DNA of 24,000 nucleotides from an uncultured Alphaproteobacteria bacterium (GTDB lineage Bacteria > Pseudomonadota > Alphaproteobacteria > Rhizobiales > Rhodomicrobiaceae), in assembly GCA_963839435.1 (NCBI GenBank), contig CAWIVD010000030.1:1-24000 (forward strand). Reading direction: 5' to 3'. Below the pieces are notes generated by a model. The model did no database searches and was not told the origin of the DNA. It saw only the letters and a program-made list of their open reading frames with translations. Position 1 is the first letter of the stretch. Each line of letters starts with the position of its first letter. Shown one piece after another: positions 8,500 through 15,068 of this stretch. Made by a program: the position numbers and the translations under genes.

Positions 8500-8859
8500 T
8501 CAGCCCCTCACCCTGTCCTCTCCCCGTGGGAGAGGAGACGATGCACCAACCGTGCGAACTCCCTCTCCCAGAGGGAGAGAGTTGGGGTGAAGGGGTACAA
8601 CGCCAGCCGTCTTTGCAATCTCGGACAGAACGCCCTCGATGTTGGACATCACGTCATTGTTCCAGAACCATACAACGATAAGCTTTGCGCTATCACAGAG
8701 AAAATCGTCGACAAACCCGCAAACTGGACCCTGCCTCTTGAACTTCAACCCATACGGCCGCCTGTTGCAGAGATGCGCCCACAGCTTATTTTCGGCGTTC
8801 GTCGAGGAGCGTCGAAGCTGCCGAGCCAAGTCGAGCTTATCGTCCGCAGTCAAGTTCAC
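8500..8859 (-). CDS. DUF559 (Vsr-like endonuclease fold) protein with an apparent internal deletion of the catalytic core
   Basis: GTG start. 'ARQLRRSSTNAENKLWAHLCNRRPYGLKFKRQGPVCGFVDDFLC..KLIVV|WFWNNDVMSNIEGVLSEI'. In the family as I remember it, the 'ELDGxxH...(about 30 aa)...VLR' block lies between 'L(I/V)VV' and 'FWNNDV', and it is missing here. The C-terminal tail is encoded by repeat copies ('LPLGEGV', 'SPLPRGED'). Confidence 0.7.
   Translation of the reverse strand: MNLTADDKLDLARQLRRSSTNAENKLWAHLCNRRPYGLKFKRQGPVCGFVDDFLCDSAKLIVVWFWNNDVMSNIEGVLSEIAKTAGVVPLHPNSLPLGEGVRTVGASSPLPRGEDRVRG
8504..8535. repeat. Repeat copy A: CCCCTCACCC-N4-CTCTCCC-N3-GGGAGAGG (hairpin-forming)
   Basis: Direct repeat of copy C (27 of 32 positions identical by my alignment). 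It forms the 3' end of the DUF559 ORF. Confidence 0.7.
8559..8595. repeat. Repeat copy B, inverted orientation (CTCCCTCTCCC-AGA-GGGAGAGAG...GGGGTGAAGGGG)
   Basis: Its reverse complement reads 'CCCCTTCACCCCAACTCTCTCCCTCTGGGAGAGGGAG', the same architecture as copies A and C. Confidence 0.65.
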
Positions 8860-8867
8860 AGTCCGAT

Positions 8868-8900
8868 CCCCTCACCCAACCCTCTCCCAATGGGAGAGGG
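8868..8900. repeat. Repeat copy C: CCCCTCACCC-AACC-CTCTCCC-AAT-GGGAGAGGG
   Basis: Lies in the 79-nt gap between the tautomerase stop and the DUF559 start. 9-bp GC-rich hairpin. Confidence 0.7.
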
Positions 8901-8938
8901 TTTGCGACCGCATTTATCCCACGCTGCCTTCGTCCCCG

Positions 8939-9325
8939 TCAGGCTTCCGCATATTGCGCGACCCCGATGCCGAAGGACCAGTTCTCTTTCGCCACTTCAA
9001 CCAGATTGATCAAGATATCCTCTTGCCTCACGCCCGGATTTTTGGTCAACTTCTCGACAATACTAGCATATAACGCCTTTTTTTGCTCGACGGTGCGAGT
9101 ATTATTCACGGTAAGCTGTATAATTAGAAGATCATCCGAGTGTGCGATGCCAGGATAATTATAGCTGTATTGTATGTTGTCGGCGTCATATTCGTCGATC
9201 AACATAAACCTGTCGTCTTCCGGCACACTGAAAGTTTCCCGCATAGCGGCGTAGATGCCGTCGAGGATAGCACGCTTATACTCGGCCGATTTCCCGCGCC
9301 TAAGCGCTACACGTGTTAGAGGCAT
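8939..9325 (-). CDS. Tautomerase family protein (Tautomerase_2-like, about 128 aa, N-terminal Pro1)
   Basis: 'MPLTRVALRRGKS...DDLLIIQLTVNNTRTVEQKKALYASIVEKL...DILINLVEVAKENWSFGIGVAQY' matches the long-form tautomerase pattern I remember. The gene is visibly AT-rich (for example 'ctgtataattagaagatcat', 'ggataattatagctgtattgtatgttg') compared with its suf neighbours. Confidence 0.8.
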   Translation of the reverse strand: MPLTRVALRRGKSAEYKRAILDGIYAAMRETFSVPEDDRFMLIDEYDADNIQYSYNYPGIAHSDDLLIIQLTVNNTRTVEQKKALYASIVEKLTKNPGVRQEDILINLVEVAKENWSFGIGVAQYAEA

Positions 9326-9346
9326 CGCTTGTTTTTCCCTTCTTTT

Positions 9347-10834
9347 TTACCCGACGCTGCCTTCGAGGCTGATCGAGATCAGCTTCTGCGTCTCCGCCAG
9401 AAACTCCATCGGAAGCTGCTGGAGCACGTCGCGCACGAAGCCGTTCACGATGAGCGCCACCGCGTCTTCCTCCGACAGGCCACGCTGAAGGCAGTAGAAG
9501 AGCTGATCGTCCGAGATTTTCGAGGTGGTCGCTTCGTGCTCGAACTGGGCGCTCGCGTTCTTTGCCTCGATGTAAGGCACCGTATGCGCGCCGCACTGAT
9601 CGCCGATTAGCAAGCTGTCGCATTGCGTGAAGTTGCGCGCGTTTGCAGCGCGGCGATGCGCCGAGACGAGACCGCGATAGGTGTTATCGGAGCGGCCCGC
9701 CGCGATACCCTTCGAGATGATCCGGCTCGAAGTGTTCTTGCCGAGATGCACCATCTTGGTGCCGCTATCCACCTGCTGGCGGCCGTTAGAAACGGCAATG
9801 GAGTAGAACTCGCCGCGGCTGCCGTCGCCGCGAAGGATGCAGCTTGGATATTTCCAGGTGATGGCCGAGCCGGTTTCCACCTGCGTCCAGGAGATCTTGG
9901 AGTTGCGGCCGCGGCAGTCTCCGCGCTTCGTCACGAAATTATAGATGCCGCCCTTGCCATCTTTATCGCCGGGGTACCAGTTCTGCACCGTCGAGTATTT
10001 GATCTCGGCCTCGTCGAGCGCGATCAATTCCACCACGGCAGCGTGAAGCTGGTTCTCGTCACGCATTGGCGCGGTGCAACCTTCGAGATAACTCACATAG
10101 GCGCCCTTGTCGGCGATGATGAGCGTGCGCTCGAATTGACCCGTGTTCTTTTCGTTGATGCGGAAATAGGTCGAAAGCTCCATCGGGCAGCGGACGCCTT
10201 CGGGCACGTAAACGAACGAGCCGTCGGAATAGACGGCCGAGTTCAACGTCGCGAAATAGTTGTCGGTGGTGGGGACCACGGTGCCAAGATATTTGCGCAC
10301 GAGCTCGGGGTGTTCGCGCACTGCCTCGGAAATAGAGCAGAAGATTACGCCAGCACGTCCCAGCTCTTCCTTGAAGGTCGTCACGACAGAAACGCTGTCG
10401 AACACGGCATCCACTGCGATGCGCGGCCCGGTCACCTTCGCGCCTTCGACGCCTGCCAGCACGGCCTGCTCTTTTAGTGGAATGCCGAGCTTTTCATACA
10501 TGCGAAGCAGCTCGGGATCGACGTCCGCCAAGCTTTTCGGCCCCTCGGTCGATTTCGGCGCTGAGTAATAATAGAGATCCTCGTAATCGATCTTCGGGTA
10601 ATGGACGCGCGCCCATGTCGGCTCTTCGAGCGTGCGCCAGCGCCGGTAGGCTTCAAGCCGCCACTCAAGCAGCCACTCGGGCTCGCCCTTCTTTGCGGAA
10701 ATGAAGCGCACGATGTCTTCGTTTAAGCCCTTGGGCGCGCGCACGCTCTCGATGTCGGTCGTGAAACCGTATTTATACTTGTCGACATCGATCTCGCGGA
10801 CCCGATCAATGGTGTCCTGAACTGGCGTCGCCAT
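9347..10834 (-). CDS. sufB: Fe-S cluster assembly protein SufB
   Basis: 495 aa, full-length and uninterrupted, with typical SufB motifs ('[20 protein letters not shown]', '[13 protein letters not shown]', '[17 protein letters not shown]'). Confidence 0.95.
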   Translation of the reverse strand: MATPVQDTIDRVREIDVDKYKYGFTTDIESVRAPKGLNEDIVRFISAKKGEPEWLLEWRLEAYRRWRTLEEPTWARVHYPKIDYEDLYYYSAPKSTEGPKSLADVDPELLRMYEKLGIPLKEQAVLAGVEGAKVTGPRIAVDAVFDSVSVVTTFKEELGRAGVIFCSISEAVREHPELVRKYLGTVVPTTDNYFATLNSAVYSDGSFVYVPEGVRCPMELSTYFRINEKNTGQFERTLIIADKGAYVSYLEGCTAPMRDENQLHAAVVELIALDEAEIKYSTVQNWYPGDKDGKGGIYNFVTKRGDCRGRNSKISWTQVETGSAITWKYPSCILRGDGSRGEFYSIAVSNGRQQVDSGTKMVHLGKNTSSRIISKGIAAGRSDNTYRGLVSAHRRAANARNFTQCDSLLIGDQCGAHTVPYIEAKNASAQFEHEATTSKISDDQLFYCLQRGLSEEDAVALIVNGFVRDVLQQLPMEFLAETQKLISISLEGSVG

Positions 10835-10851
10835 GTGTCACTCCCTTCATT

Positions 10852-10926
10852 GTCATGCCCGGGTCAACCCGGGCATCCAGAGCCGCATTCTCAACTCTGG
10901 ATGGCCGCCTCAACGGCGGTCATGAC
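10852..10926. repeat. 75-bp REP/MITE-like element with three tandem hairpins and GTCATG/CATGAC termini
   Basis: ATGCCCGGG-tcaa-CCCGGGCAT (10855-10876), CCAGAG-N12-CTCTGG (10877-10900), ATGGCCGCC-tcaac-GGCGGTCAT (10901-10923). It fills almost the whole nifS-sufB spacer. It resembles the 'GTCATGCCCGGGC..GACCCGGGCATCC' intergenic repeat family of Rhizobiales (from memory). Confidence 0.6.
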
Positions 10927-10932
10927 CCAAAA

Positions 10933-12054
10933 CTAAGCCGCCTGGCGCACCTCGCGCCCACGACAAATCTTCGACAAAGCGGCCGAGAACCGCTCGATGT
11001 CCGTTTCCTCGGTACTCCAGCCGGTCGACACGCGGATTACGCCTTCGCTCAGCCCTTGCGAGATGCCCATGGCGGCCAGCACATGAGACCGCTCCACTTT
11101 CCCTGACGAGCAGGCCGAGCCCGAGCTTACGGCAATGCCTTCAAGATCGAACGCGATCAAGAGCATTTCCGCGCTCTTGCCGGGGATGGCAAAGCAGGTC
11201 GTGTTTGGCAGCCGGTCCGCCTTCTCGCCAAAAATCACTGCATCCGAAGCGATGGCTCGCAACCGTTGTTCGAGCCTCAACTGTAAAGCTTCCGCTCGCG
11301 CTTTCCAAATCACCTGCGCTTTATCGGCTGCGTGAAGGGCCGCGGCCAAGCCCGCGATGCCCGCTACATTCTCGGTCCCGGAGCGGCGCCGGCCTTCCTG
11401 GCCGCCTCCCCGGATCAACGACGCGGGTTCCGGCTCGGTGCTCTGCCAGATCACGGCTCCAACGCCCTTCGGGCCGCCGAACTTGTGAGCGGAGAAGAAC
11501 AACGCATCCGCCTCGGCAAAATCTTGAAGCGGAATGCGACCCACTGCCTGCACGGCATCGCACACGACAAAGCCGCGTTTGATTTTTGTCAGAGATGCGA
11601 CATCCGACAAAGGCTGGATTACGCCTGTTTCATTGTTCGCGGCCTGCATGGCGACAATCGCGGGAGCCGTCAAAGCCTTTTCCAGCTGTTCGAGGTCAAC
11701 ATCTCCCCTCGCAGAGACAGGGACAATCTGAACGTCCTCGGCCGCGAAACGATGCCCTTTCAGGACGCAGGGATGTTCCACTGCCGACGTAACGAGCTTG
11801 TGTCCAGGCCGGGCCTGCAAAAGCCAATTCGCCGCCTCTGTGCCGCCGGAGGTGAACGTCACAGCCTGCGGCTTTACCTGGAAAACCCGAGCCACGATTT
11901 CACGCGCATTCTCGACGATGCCGAGAGCCTCGCGTCCTTCAGCGTGGATCGACGACGGATTCCCGTTGCAATCCAGCGCAGCCAACATCGCATCGCGCGC
12001 CTCACGCCGAAGCGGTGATGTGGCATTGTGATCGAAATAGCTACGAACGCTCAT
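10933..12054 (-). CDS. Cysteine desulfurase, NifS/IscS-like (class I)
   Basis: Start at 'MSVRSYFDHNATSP' (ATGA overlap with the Rrf2 stop at 12051-12054). PLP-Lys 'SAHKFGGPKGVG' and catalytic loop 'SSGSACSSG'. Confidence 0.85.
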   Translation of the reverse strand: MSVRSYFDHNATSPLRREARDAMLAALDCNGNPSSIHAEGREALGIVENAREIVARVFQVKPQAVTFTSGGTEAANWLLQARPGHKLVTSAVEHPCVLKGHRFAAEDVQIVPVSARGDVDLEQLEKALTAPAIVAMQAANNETGVIQPLSDVASLTKIKRGFVVCDAVQAVGRIPLQDFAEADALFFSAHKFGGPKGVGAVIWQSTEPEPASLIRGGGQEGRRRSGTENVAGIAGLAAALHAADKAQVIWKARAEALQLRLEQRLRAIASDAVIFGEKADRLPNTTCFAIPGKSAEMLLIAFDLEGIAVSSGSACSSGKVERSHVLAAMGISQGLSEGVIRVSTGWSTEETDIERFSAALSKICRGREVRQAA

Positions 12055-12518
12055 GAACCAACCTTTGCTGCCGCTGCGAGCTCGCTCAAAGAGAAGCCCG
12101 CGACCGGCGCCGAGTAGCGACCATGCAAGACATCTGCCAACGTAGCCGTAGCCAGAAATTGCTCGATGTGAGAACCAAGCGCGTCCCAAAGGAAGTGCGT
12201 ATTACAGCGGTGAGATGAGACGCATCCGTCTCCCTCCCTCACGCACCGCGTCATTCTCACCGGCTCATCCACGGCGGCCATGACCTCCCCGATGCTGATC
12301 GCATCCGCATCGCGGCCAAGTACGTACCCCCCACCTGGCCCTCTGACGGACCTGACGAGGCCTTTGCGCCGCAGCTTCATGAAGAGCTGCTCAAGATAAG
12401 CGAGCGACAATTCAAGGCGGCCGGCAACGTCGCCAAGCGAAATTGGCCGCGCGTCGCTTTGCCTTGCAACTTCGACAATCGCCATGACAGCGTAACGACC
12501 TTTCGTACTAAGCAACAT
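12051..12518 (-). CDS. iscR: Rrf2-family transcriptional regulator, IscR-like (three-Cys cluster motif)
   Basis: 'MLLSTKGRYAVMAIVEVAR...' is the Rrf2 wHTH. Cys triad 'C-X6-C-X5-C' in 'TRCVREGDGCVSSHRCNTH'. A strong SD 'GAAGGAAG' lies upstream of the ATG at 12518. The longer ORF to 12626 has a non-family N-terminus. Confidence 0.85.
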   Translation of the reverse strand: MLLSTKGRYAVMAIVEVARQSDARPISLGDVAGRLELSLAYLEQLFMKLRRKGLVRSVRGPGGGYVLGRDADAISIGEVMAAVDEPVRMTRCVREGDGCVSSHRCNTHFLWDALGSHIEQFLATATLADVLHGRYSAPVAGFSLSELAAAAKVGS

Positions 12519-12646
12519 TTTCTTCCTTCTTCGCGCCAAATTTGCGCGAAGGCCGTGGAAATTTACGCCTCTGTTATGATATGCCACGTCATACGCTGCT
12601 CCAGGGCACGCGACGGGCTCGAACACGTCGAGGATTCTTCACTCTG

Positions 12647-12675
12647 TGTATAGGATTTCCGACTGCAGGAGTCAA
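12647..12675 (-). promoter_or_regulatory. Sigma70-like promoter of the iscR-suf operon (TTGACT-N17-TATACA), with an IscR type-1-like palindrome over the -35
   Basis: Minus strand reads 'aaaagTTGACTcctgcAGTCggaaatccTATACAcag'. The -35 is at 12670-12675 and the -10 at 12647-12652, with a 17-nt spacer. GACT-N5-AGTC matches the core of the E. coli IscR type-1 consensus (ATASYYGACTRwwwYAGTCRRSTAT, from memory; 19 of 25 positions by my count). Confidence 0.45.
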
Positions 12676-12825
12676 CTTTTGACAGCGCCCTCCTGACCGA
12701 AATTGTCCAAATGGGAAGGCCTTAACGGCTCAAGGGCCATCCGCTCTTTCGAGAAGCGGCCGGAACATTCAATTAGACAAGCATGACAAGGAGCCGGATT
12801 TTGCATCCGGAAAAAGAGGTTCAGA

Positions 12826-13518
12826 ATGCCCGAAGTCATCATCAATGGACCTGCCGGCCGCATCGAAGGACGCTATCATCATGAGCCCACGCCCGGCGCG
12901 CCCATAGCCATTATTCTTCACCCCCACCCCCAGTTCGGTGGGACGATGAATAACCAAATCGTTTACAGCCTTTATTATACCTATGTGCAAAGGGGCTTTT
13001 CTGTCCTGCGCTTCAATTTCCGGGGTGTCGGGCGCAGCCAGGGCATTTTCGACCAAGGGCCGGGGGAGCTTTCGGATGCCGCCACAGCTCTCGATTGGCT
13101 ACAACTCGCCAATCCTGACGCAAAATCATGCTGGATCGCGGGCGTGTCCTTCGGCTCCTGGATCGCCATGCAGCTCCTGATGCGGCGACCGGAGATCGAT
13201 GGCTTTATCGCAGTCGCTCCTCCCGCCAATCTCTACGACTTCAGCTTTCTAGCTCCCTGCCCGTCGTCTGGCTTGATGATCAATGGCGATCGCGACCGGG
13301 TTGTGCCCGCAACCTCTGTTAAGACCTTGGTGGACAAGCTCAAGACGCAGAAAGGCATCGTCGTGAGCCACGAAATTGTACCAGGCGCTAACCATTTCTT
13401 CGAAGACAAGATTGACGACTTGATCGCAGCAGTGGAAAAATACCTAGATAAGCGGTCCTCGGTCGCGCCGAAGCCGTCGCGCAAAGAGAAGGTGCCGCAG
13501 GAAACCGAGTTAAAATGA
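12826..13518 (+). CDS. Alpha/beta hydrolase (COG2945-like), divergent from the suf operon
   Basis: 230 aa with 'ILHPHPQFGGTMNNQIV', 'FNFRGVGRSQG' and nucleophile elbow 'GVSFGS'. Lys/Pro-rich C-terminal tail. Confidence 0.8.
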   Translation: MPEVIINGPAGRIEGRYHHEPTPGAPIAIILHPHPQFGGTMNNQIVYSLYYTYVQRGFSVLRFNFRGVGRSQGIFDQGPGELSDAATALDWLQLANPDAKSCWIAGVSFGSWIAMQLLMRRPEIDGFIAVAPPANLYDFSFLAPCPSSGLMINGDRDRVVPATSVKTLVDKLKTQKGIVVSHEIVPGANHFFEDKIDDLIAAVEKYLDKRSSVAPKPSRKEKVPQETELK

Positions 13519-13777
13519 ACGCCCGTCACGGGCATCACCGGCTGTAGGTCAACACAAGCTTAAGCTGCCGAGATAGCTGGAATAACGCTGTTGGTTGTGT
13601 TAATCAAATTACACGCGGTGAGGATTTATTAACCGGATCACGAGAATATGATGGCCTGGATCGTTCTTTTGACAGTGGCCCATGCGCCTGAACTCTTATT
13701 CAAAACGCGGTATGAGACCGCAAAGGCAGACGGCAGCGCCGTCTAAGAGCCTGCGGCCAAAATCGAGCAAAAGCGCT

Positions 13778-14155
13778 ATGGGCAGCACCATTCTGATTGT
13801 CGAGGACAACGAGCTCAACATGAAGCTCTTCCACGATCTGCTCGAGGCGCATGGCTATAAAACGCTGCAAACGAGGAACGGCATCGACGCCATAGCGCTT
13901 GCTCGCAAGCATCGGCCAGATTTGATCGTCATGGATATCCAGCTCCCGGAAGTGTCCGGTCTCGATGTCACCAAATGGCTGAAGGAAGATGACAGTTTGC
14001 GTCACATCCCGATTGTCGCGGTTACGGCCTTTGCGATGAAGGGCGATGAGGAGCGTATAAGGGAGGGCGGCTGTGAAGCTTACGTCTCGAAGCCTATCTC
14101 CGTGTCGCGATTCCTTGAAACGATCCGCCAGTTCATCCCATCCACACTTTCCTAG
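13778..14155 (+). CDS. divK: Single-domain response regulator DivK
   Basis: '[31 protein letters not shown]...[62 protein letters not shown]' is near-identical in pattern to Caulobacter/Rhizobium DivK as I remember it. Start chosen at '[12 protein letters not shown]'. Confidence 0.85.
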   Translation: MGSTILIVEDNELNMKLFHDLLEAHGYKTLQTRNGIDAIALARKHRPDLIVMDIQLPEVSGLDVTKWLKEDDSLRHIPIVAVTAFAMKGDEERIREGGCEAYVSKPISVSRFLETIRQFIPSTLS

Positions 14156-14204
14156 AGCCTGTCCGCTTTTAGCAGACTAAAAAGCGGGCTCTAAGTTTTT
14201 GTTT
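14153..14204 (+). terminator. Putative intrinsic terminator of divK
   Basis: TAGAGC(14153-58)...CCGCTTTT(14163-70)-agcagact-AAAAGCGG(14180-87)-GCTCTA(14188-93), followed by 'aagTTTTTGTTTg'. The stop codon lies inside the outer stem. Confidence 0.5.
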
Positions 14205-14479
14205 GTCGCTACGCCTTATCGGAAAACCGCTTCGCACTTTTCCGGACGCACTCTAAGCGCTGGGGATATCGGGGAAAACTCGAAGACCGCGCATCCCGTT
14301 ATAAAAGCACAATGCTTTGCCTGTATCGTTTACGATAAAATCAGAAAGCATTGATAAATAAGTGCTTGAGGGATATCCTGAAAAACACGGAACGAAATTT
14401 TGCCTGTCGAAGTTGGTGGCGTGTTAAGGAGAATTAGCGCAAAATTCGCGAATTAAGGCAGGAAGATGGCAATCCGGCC

Positions 14480-14508
14480 TTGCCAAACGGCAATTTTTTC
14501 TCATACTT
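14480..14508 (+). promoter_or_regulatory. Candidate sigma70-like promoter TTGCCA-N17-ATACTT
   Basis: The -35 is at 14480-14485, the 17-nt spacer is T-rich, and the -10 is at 14503-14508. No protein-coding ORF lies downstream, only the structured region 14520-14760. Confidence 0.3.
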
Positions 14509-14514
14509 GGATTT

Positions 14515-14760
14515 AAAAGATACCCTGCGGAGTGCTCAGGTCCGCCGCATCTCCTGGGTCCGTAGGGAATAGACCGAAGCCTCTATGTCGTCGCAAACTG
14601 GAGGTCTTCGGCAGATGCTATTGGACCACGCCCTCTTGGTTCAATGGCGCTAAGATCAGCTCCGCATATCCAATCGGATCTACCCCGCTGCCGATGGTTG
14701 CGGAGCTGATCATATTTCCGATTCAGCGGGAGCTTGCGCTGCGGGTGCTGTGACCCGCCA
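14515..14760 (+). ncRNA. Candidate structured small RNA (unknown family), strand uncertain
   Basis: Consecutive stem-loops. SL1 is 14523-14567 (9 bp including one G.U that works only on the plus strand, plus an inner CAGG/CCTG). SL2 is 14574-14611 (10 bp with one bulge). SL3 is 14654-14711 (perfect 13 bp plus an inner 7 bp). SL5 is 14741-14758 (GCGGGT/ACCCGC). There is no credible ORF on either strand. Confidence 0.25.
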
Positions 14761-14762
14761 GC

Positions 14763-14930
14763 CTACTTTATTTTAGTTTCTTTGAATTCCACGTGCTTTT
14801 TCACCACGGGATCGTACTTTTTCAGCGCGAGCTTTTCCGTCAAATTCCGCGGATTTTTCTTAGTTACGTAATAGTAACCCGTCCCGGCGGAGCTCATCAA
14901 TTTGATTTTCTGTGTTACAGGCTTAGCCAT
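14763..14930 (-). CDS. rpmG: 50S ribosomal protein L33
   Basis: My translation gives '[55 protein letters not shown]' (55 aa). It is below the ORF-track cutoff. Confidence 0.95.
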   Translation of the reverse strand: MAKPVTQKIKLMSSAGTGYYYVTKKNPRNLTEKLALKKYDPVVKKHVEFKETKIK

Positions 14931-15068
14931 GGTAGGTTCCAAATATCTCCAATGCAGGCTGCAAAGTGGCCAAATTGCCTTAGTATGTCAAGCCGGTGAC
15001 GAGCATAATTTCACTTCAGTTGAAAAGTCAGCGCACTGCGGTCACTTCACGCGGCTACCGAAGGCTTT

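Noticed and set aside
8504-8900. CCTCTCCC/GGGAGAGG repeats as a possible CRISPR array
   Set aside because: There are only three copies in mixed orientation with irregular spacing (23 and 272 bp). Each copy is itself a hairpin, and there are no cas genes. This is REP/MITE-like, not CRISPR.
8254-9009. 251-aa plus-strand ORF spanning the DUF4267, DUF559 and tautomerase region
   Set aside because: It is antisense to three separate family-recognisable genes and crosses the repeat copies. It has no motifs of its own.
13549-13680. AGCTTAAGCT palindrome, CAACACA/TGTGTTG inverted repeat and TTGACA (13669-13674) upstream of divK
   Set aside because: TTGACA lacks a convincing -10 at 16-18 nt. The inverted repeat has a 38-nt loop and a 7-bp AT-rich stem. 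This is not enough to call a promoter or operator.
14284-14300. 'gaccgcgcatcc' resembling the start of pleD (M-T-A-R-I-L...)
   Set aside because: Only about 12 nt of resemblance, followed immediately by a stop and AT-rich sequence. That is too short to distinguish from chance.
14420-14460. CtrA-box-like TTAA repeats downstream of divK
   Set aside because: Spacings are TTAA-N6-TTAG and TTAG-N7-TTCG. No TTAA-N7-TTAA match is present.
14530-14650. Possible SRP RNA ('gctcaggtccg') or two-piece tmRNA ('ggttcaatgg' T-arm-like) signatures
   Set aside because: The conserved SRP 'GGAAGGAAGCAGCC' block is absent. There is no tag-peptide reading frame (ANDN...) and no proper T-arm or acceptor-CCA context.
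14532-14753. 73-aa GTG-initiated ORF in the divK-rpmG spacer
   Set aside because: Arg/Pro/Ser-rich with no hydrophobic core, an SD ('ggag') directly abutting the start with no spacing, and a reading frame that runs through strong RNA hairpins. I treat it as non-coding.
14767-14790. T-rich tract as the U-tract of a plus-strand terminator after hairpin 14741-14758
   Set aside because: It starts 8 nt after the stem and is simply the antisense of the Lys-rich C-terminal codons of rpmG. It is only weak support for plus-strand termination.
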